DNA of 63,976 nucleotides, counting the filler. It is 5 parts of 5 records of this genome, joined end to end, with 100 filler letters (N's around TTAATTAATTAA, not from the genome) between each part and the next. Parts side by side here need not be neighbours in the genome. Positions count along the whole stretch, not along the records: positions 56,152 to 60,861 come from SRR20825010_177; positions 60,962 to 63,976 come from SRR20825010_755; 3 more parts are not named here. The stretch is one strand, 5' to 3'. The notes under the pieces are model-generated. The model was not told the DNA's origin, ran no database searches, and was given only the letters and a program-made list of their open reading frames with translations. Below, in pieces: positions 59,442-63,976 of the stretch (positions are counted from its first letter, which is position 1; each line of letters starts with the position of its first letter). The position numbers and the translations under genes were made by a program.

Positions 59442-59990
59442 TTAGTTTAAACTGTCGTTGTCTATAATGATTGTATGTAATTCTACAGATGATTTAAGTG
59501 GTGTTTTTGGTCCAATGGCCTTATTGTCGCCTTGATAGCCAAAAGCTAGGGGGGAAGGGAACAAAAATGTGGCCTTCTCATTTATTTTTAACAGCTTCAC
59601 GGCGTTTTGAAGACCTGGAAACAGCTGCTGTTTGTCGATAACATGAGATTTAGGCCCGATTTCTTCTACTGTATAAATGGTGTCACCTTCCAAGTTCATC
59701 AAATTATAAGAAAACAAAATCTGGTCGCCCGACTTTAATTGATAGGTGGCAGTGTCGTTCTTGGTCTCGTAATAATACCAAAACCCATTTGGGTTCGACA
59801 TATACTCGTGGACTGTATCCTTGGAAATGATTTCCTGAATTGCTTTTTCTTCCTCGGCCAATAATTTTTTGGTGCGCTCAATGGATTCCTTGAAGAAACT
59901 ACCGGATTTAACCTCTACAGGTCTTCTCGGTTCCGGACCCCCACAACTTGCAACAGATATAACCAACAGAACGGCTAGAAAAAATCTCAT
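59442..59990 (-). CDS. gldI: Gliding-motility-associated FKBP-like lipoprotein GldI
   Basis: Lipobox ASC, PEPRRPV, SIER.K, GFWYYY, FLFPS.LAFGY.GD; DHH-gldI-PPIase order typical of Flavobacteriaceae. Confidence 0.85.
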   Translation of the reverse strand: MRFFLAVLLVISVASCGGPEPRRPVEVKSGSFFKESIERTKKLLAEEEKAIQEIISKDTVHEYMSNPNGFWYYYETKNDTATYQLKSGDQILFSYNLMNLEGDTIYTVEEIGPKSHVIDKQQLFPGLQNAVKLLKINEKATFLFPSPLAFGYQGDNKAIGPKTPLKSSVELHTIIIDNDSLN

Positions 59991-60861
59991 GGATTCAATT
60001 TGTCTTTATACGTTTTTAAAATATCGTTGAATCTGGAAATGGTCTCGTCCATACTGGTTTCGCTTCTTCCTCCTGCCGCATTGGTATGTCCGCCTCCATT
60101 AAAATGAGCTCTTGCAAATTCGTTAACAGAAAAATCCCCTATGGAACGCAAGGAAATTTTAATAATGCCCTCTTCCCGGTTTTCGATAAAAATAAGAGCG
60201 AAAATAATCCCTTCCAAAGTTAGGCCGTAATTTACAAAACCTTCTGTATCACCTTTTTTAAAGTCGTACTGGTCCAGCTCGTCTTGGGTTAGGGTAATGT
60301 AAGCGGTTCTATATTCGGGCAGAATCACCATGTTGCTTAGTGCCACGCCTAGCAAATGTAGACGAGAGGGAGAATTGGTGTCAAAAACCTCTTGGTGAAT
60401 CGCCATATTGTCAGCTCCTTTGTCAATAAGTTCGGCCACTACGCGGTGCGTTTTGCTGGATGTGGAACGGTACTTAAAGGAACCTGTGTCCGTCATAATG
60501 CCCGTGTACAGGTTTGTGGCCATATCGGCATCAATTTGGTCGGTTTCACCTAAAAAATCAATAAAGTTGTATACCATCTCGCAGGTAGAGCTCATGGTCA
60601 CATCGGAATAGGTCACCATTGCATAATCGCTCGGTTGTTGGTGGTGGTCTATCATTATAAAATCGGCGCTCGCCTCTTTCAAGACCTGTTCCATTTGCCC
60701 AACACGGGAAAGGTCGTTAAAATCCAAGGTAAAAATTACAGAAGCTTCATTGATAACTTCTTTTGCCTTTGGATTTTCCCTCTCAAAATTGATAACGGTA
60801 TCGTTCTCCGGCATCCATTTAAGGAATTTTGGATAGTCATTTGGAGCGACCACATGTACGG
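59987..60861 (-). CDS. nrnA: DHH/DHHA1 phosphoesterase (NrnA-like), 5' truncated
   Basis: IDHH, SSTCE, GIMTDTGSF, KISLRS, GGGHTNAAGG. Confidence 0.85.
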
Positions 60862-60961
60862 NNNNNNNNNNNNNNNNNNNNNNNNNNNNNNNNNNNNNNN
60901 NNNNNTTAATTAATTAANNNNNNNNNNNNNNNNNNNNNNNNNNNNNNNNNNNNNNNNNNNN
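60862..60961. other. Artificial contig spacer
   Basis: 44 N + TTAATTAATTAA + 44 N. Confidence 0.97.
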
Positions 60962-61202
60962 CAACTCGGAAATCGTGCTCGACCGCAAGGTTGCCGATAA
61001 ACGCATCTTCCCGGCGATCGACATTCTCAAGTCCGGCACGCGCAAGGAAGACCTTCTCATTGCCCGTCAAGATCTGCAGAAGATCTTCGTTCTGCGCCGT
61101 ATTCTCGCACCGATGGGCACGACCGACGCCATTGAGTTCCTCAATGACAAACTGAAGCAGACCAAGACGAATTCGGAATTCTTCGATTCCATGAACACCT
61201 GA
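60962..61202 (+). CDS. rho: Transcription termination factor Rho, 3' end
   Basis: [32 protein letters not shown]...[11 protein letters not shown]. Confidence 0.95.
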
Positions 61203-61238
61203 TCGGTTTGCGGTTTTTCAACGCTTCTGACGAAACTG

Positions 61239-61263
61239 AAGGCGGCGCTTATGTGCCGCCTTT
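61239..61263. terminator. Hairpin between convergent rho and YyaL genes
   Basis: AAGGCGGCGC-TTAT-GTGCCGCCTTT. Confidence 0.65.
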
Positions 61264-61272
61264 ATCATTTGT

Positions 61273-63288
61273 TCACCAAGAAGTTTTCGGCTGGTTGACT
61301 CGGCGCAGGGCGGCCTCCAGCTCCTCAGACGATTGAAATGGTGGCAGACAGATTTGCCCGATGCAGAGATAGGCCGCTCTCTTATCAGCATTGATGCTCA
61401 TTCCGTCCGGCAGGTTTTGAGGGCGGCCATCGGTGATCACAATATCGAATCGCGATGGATCCAGATTTCGATTCGCTACCGGAACGAAAAAGCGATGACG
61501 GTCGGGTTCGACCATAAGAAGCTTTTTGGACATCTCAACCAGTGCCGCGGCGTAGACAATGCCTGCCTGGCCATAGGTTTGCCCCACTGTCCGGCCCAGA
61601 GCGGCCTCCGCCACGTCTGAAACATGCGTGTTCAGCGTCTCGTGGGAAAGAATGGAGAGCGCCAGAAGGGCCTCAATAATCTGGCTCGTGGCGGATGGCA
61701 CGGCTTCATCGACATCTCCGCGTATCCGCATGGGCAGATCCGCCGCATCGCTTGCCGTGAGATAGTAGCCTGTTCCGCTGTCGTCCAGGTACCAGGCACG
61801 GAGGTTGTCAGCCCAATCCCTGGCCTGATCCAGATAGGCCTGCTCTGCGGTTGATTGAAAAAGCGACGCTGCGGCGGAAATCATGCAGGCGTAATCACTT
61901 GAGAGGCCTGGGAAAACCCCTCTTCCATCGCGGAAGCTGTGCGGTAGACGTCCGTCTTTCATCGATTCGCATACGAAACGAAAAGCCTGTCGTGCTGCGT
62001 TCAACCAGTCTGGGCGCTCGAGCAGGCGTGCCGCCTCTGCAAGTGCACCGATCGCGAGACCGTTCCAGTCGACAAGCACCTTGTCGTCGCGGTCGGGCTG
62101 ATCACGCCTCTGTCTGGCAGAGAGGAGCTCATCCAGCATGGACCGCAAGTGCGTTTCCCGCGGTTCGCCGAGATATCGAGGGTGGCCGCGGCGGTGAAGG
62201 ATCGGATCCCCCTCCCAATGCTCAGGTCTGGCCAGAGAGAAGGTCTCGAAGAAGGAGCCTGCCTGATTGCCCAGTACGTCCGCGATCTGTCCCTTCGTCC
62301 AAAGATAGGTTGTTCCTTCAACGCCACCCGTATCGGCATCAAGACTGGAGGCGAAGGCGCCACCCCCCACCCGCATATCACGCAGTAGCCAGCTGACGGT
62401 CTCTTCGATTCGGATACGGAACAACTGATCTGCTGTGTCGCTGTAAACCCAGCACAACAAACGCAGGAGCTGGGCATTGTCGTACAGCATTTTCTCGAAG
62501 TGAGGGACAAGCCATCTGTCATCAGTCGAGTAGCGTGCAAGCCCACCGCCGACATGGTCATAGATCCCGCCGGCGAGCATCGCAGCGAGACTTTCGGTGA
62601 CGGCGGATCTATGATCAGCGGTACCGCTCAGCCAAAGCGTGCGCATGAACGGGGCATTGGGAAACTTGGGCGCTCCGCGCAACCCGCCGAGATCCTTGTC
62701 GATCATCGAATAGATCCTGTTGGAGAGGGACTCAAGCGTAGCGCGCGGCGAAACTGGATTTCCCCGATCGGATGCAAGCTGCGCTTTGACGTGTGCGCTG
62801 AGTGCGCCGGCGCTCTTAGAAAGCTCGCTTCGCCTGTTCTGCCAGGCTTCATGTACAGCTTCGAGGATTTGCGGAAAACCGGGTCGACCGTATCGTTGTT
62901 CCGGAGGAAAGTATGTACCTCCCCAGAAGGGTTTGGCTTCGGAATCGAGAAACATCGTCAACGGCCAGCCGCCTTGCTCTCCCATCGCGGAAAGCGAAGC
63001 CATGTATATCTGGTCAATCTCCGGCCGCTCTTCCCGATCGACCTTGATATTGACGAAATAACGGTTCATCACCTCCGCGATCCGAGGATCCTCAAACGAC
63101 TCATGCGCCATCACATGGCACCAGTGACAGGCCGCGTAGCCAACCGAAAGCAGGATGGGCTTGCCGGCTTCCCTTGCCTCCTCCAGGGCATCTGCTGTCC
63201 AGGGCCTCCAGTGAACAGGATTATCCTTGTGCTGAAGGAGATACGGACTTGTCTCTTCAGCCAGAAGGTTTTTTGCGGGCAGCGACAT
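61273..63288 (-). CDS. Thioredoxin-domain protein YyaL/SSP411 family
   Basis: ETSPYLLQHKDNPVHW, CHWCHVM, DREERP, GGWPL, APKFP, PHFEKMLYDNA; ATG 63288. Confidence 0.92.
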   Translation of the reverse strand: MSLPAKNLLAEETSPYLLQHKDNPVHWRPWTADALEEAREAGKPILLSVGYAACHWCHVMAHESFEDPRIAEVMNRYFVNIKVDREERPEIDQIYMASLSAMGEQGGWPLTMFLDSEAKPFWGGTYFPPEQRYGRPGFPQILEAVHEAWQNRRSELSKSAGALSAHVKAQLASDRGNPVSPRATLESLSNRIYSMIDKDLGGLRGAPKFPNAPFMRTLWLSGTADHRSAVTESLAAMLAGGIYDHVGGGLARYSTDDRWLVPHFEKMLYDNAQLLRLLCWVYSDTADQLFRIRIEETVSWLLRDMRVGGGAFASSLDADTGGVEGTTYLWTKGQIADVLGNQAGSFFETFSLARPEHWEGDPILHRRGHPRYLGEPRETHLRSMLDELLSARQRRDQPDRDDKVLVDWNGLAIGALAEAARLLERPDWLNAARQAFRFVCESMKDGRLPHSFRDGRGVFPGLSSDYACMISAAASLFQSTAEQAYLDQARDWADNLRAWYLDDSGTGYYLTASDAADLPMRIRGDVDEAVPSATSQIIEALLALSILSHETLNTHVSDVAEAALGRTVGQTYGQAGIVYAAALVEMSKKLLMVEPDRHRFFVPVANRNLDPSRFDIVITDGRPQNLPDGMSINADKRAAYLCIGQICLPPFQSSEELEAALRRVNQPKTSW

Positions 63289-63379
63289 GGCGGCTCCTTG
63301 CACATCCGACGGTTATGGAAAATATCTAACCCCGACTTCGGCGCCACGGTAGGGCGCTTTCCACGCGAGAGCAAACAAC

Positions 63380-63976
63380 ATGAGAGAAACCATATTCGCA
63401 CTCTCCAGCGGCGCGCTGCCATCGGGCGTGGCCGTCGTGCGATTGTCGGGGCCAGATACTGCTGATGCGCTTGTATCGCTGGCAGGTGAACTGCCTCAGC
63501 CGCGTCGCGCGACGCTGAAAGCACTGAGAGATCAGGACGGCGTGGTTCTGGACAAGTCTCTTGTCCTTTTCTTTCCCGGACCGGAGAGCTTTACCGGCGA
63601 GGATTGCGGCGAACTGCATCTTCACGGCGGGCGTGCAGTTGTCAGGGCTGTGCTGGAGACGCTTTCCCGGCGAAAATACTTTCGACTGGCGGAAGCGGGT
63701 GAATTCACGCGGCGCGCATTTCTGAACGGGAAGTTCAATCTCACGGAGGCGGAAGCGCTCTCGGATCTGATTGCCGCAGAAACAGAAACACAGCGGCGTT
63801 TCGCGCTGTCGAATTCTGAGGACCGCCATAAGAGGCTCTACGACGAATGGCGCAAAATCCTTATTCAGACGCGCGCAATGATCGAGGCGGAGCTCGACTT
63901 CGCGGATGAGGAAGATGTGCCGGGCTCGGTTGGCGATCGGGTGTGGCAGGGAGTGGAGCGCCTGCGGGATTCACTT
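63380..63976 (+). CDS. mnmE: tRNA modification GTPase MnmE, 5' part (runs off window)
   Basis: Manual translation MRETIFALSSGALPSGVAVVRLSG...SFTGEDCGELHLHGG...AEAGEFTRRAFLNGK; absent from the ORF track because there is no stop in the window. Confidence 0.93.
   Translation, partial: MRETIFALSSGALPSGVAVVRLSGPDTADALVSLAGELPQPRRATLKALRDQDGVVLDKSLVLFFPGPESFTGEDCGELHLHGGRAVVRAVLETLSRRKYFRLAEAGEFTRRAFLNGKFNLTEAEALSDLIAAETETQRRFALSNSEDRHKRLYDEWRKILIQTRAMIEAELDFADEEDVPGSVGDRVWQGVERLRDSL

Noticed and set aside
1..63976. CRISPR arrays, transposases, integrases, phage or defence genes, rRNA
   Set aside because: No regularly spaced repeats or diagnostic motifs found on either strand.

Overview
The window is not one chromosome segment. 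It is five contig pieces joined by identical 100-bp artificial spacers (44 N + TTAATTAATTAA + 44 N) at 16065-16164, 44028-44127, 56052-56151 and 60862-60961. (1) 1-16064: GC-rich alphaproteobacterial housekeeping block (SDR'-purF-cvpA-radA-mlaF-mlaE-alr-dnaB, rplI-DUF2232-rpsR-rpsF, fabD-fabG-acpP-fabF-mltG, trkH'). (2) 16165-44027: Bacteroidota (Cytophagales-like) DNA with an AraC/hydrolase gene run, a PadR-permease-TPR unit, VOC-uvrB-aroE-DUF368-comA-TPR, a cpsB-wzc-wza-GT4 polysaccharide locus, hflX, a tricorn-like protease and an oddly interrupted tRNA-Arg(CCT) at the contig end. (3) 44128-56051: alphaproteobacterial catabolic cluster (2-hydroxyacid dehydrogenase, FadR/GntR, FMN alpha-hydroxyacid oxidase, TAXI-TRAP transporter, two tandem creatininase paralogs, a COG0402-type deaminase, PotD/PotA-like ABC parts). 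(4) 56152-60861: Flavobacteriaceae-like amidohydrolase'-DUF3810-cyclophilin/FKBP-gldI-DHH'. (5) 60962-63976: Hyphomicrobiales-like rho'-YyaL-mnmE'. Taxon calls are inferred from composition and gene order only. No CRISPR array, transposase, integrase or rRNA was seen. Best leads: the tRNA-Arg whose anticodon arm is flanked by complementary GC-rich insertions; the deaminase + twin-creatininase catabolic cluster; a DnaA-box/IHF cassette upstream of dnaB; the PadR-permease-TPR unit with twin operators; and comA in a Bacteroidota operon.
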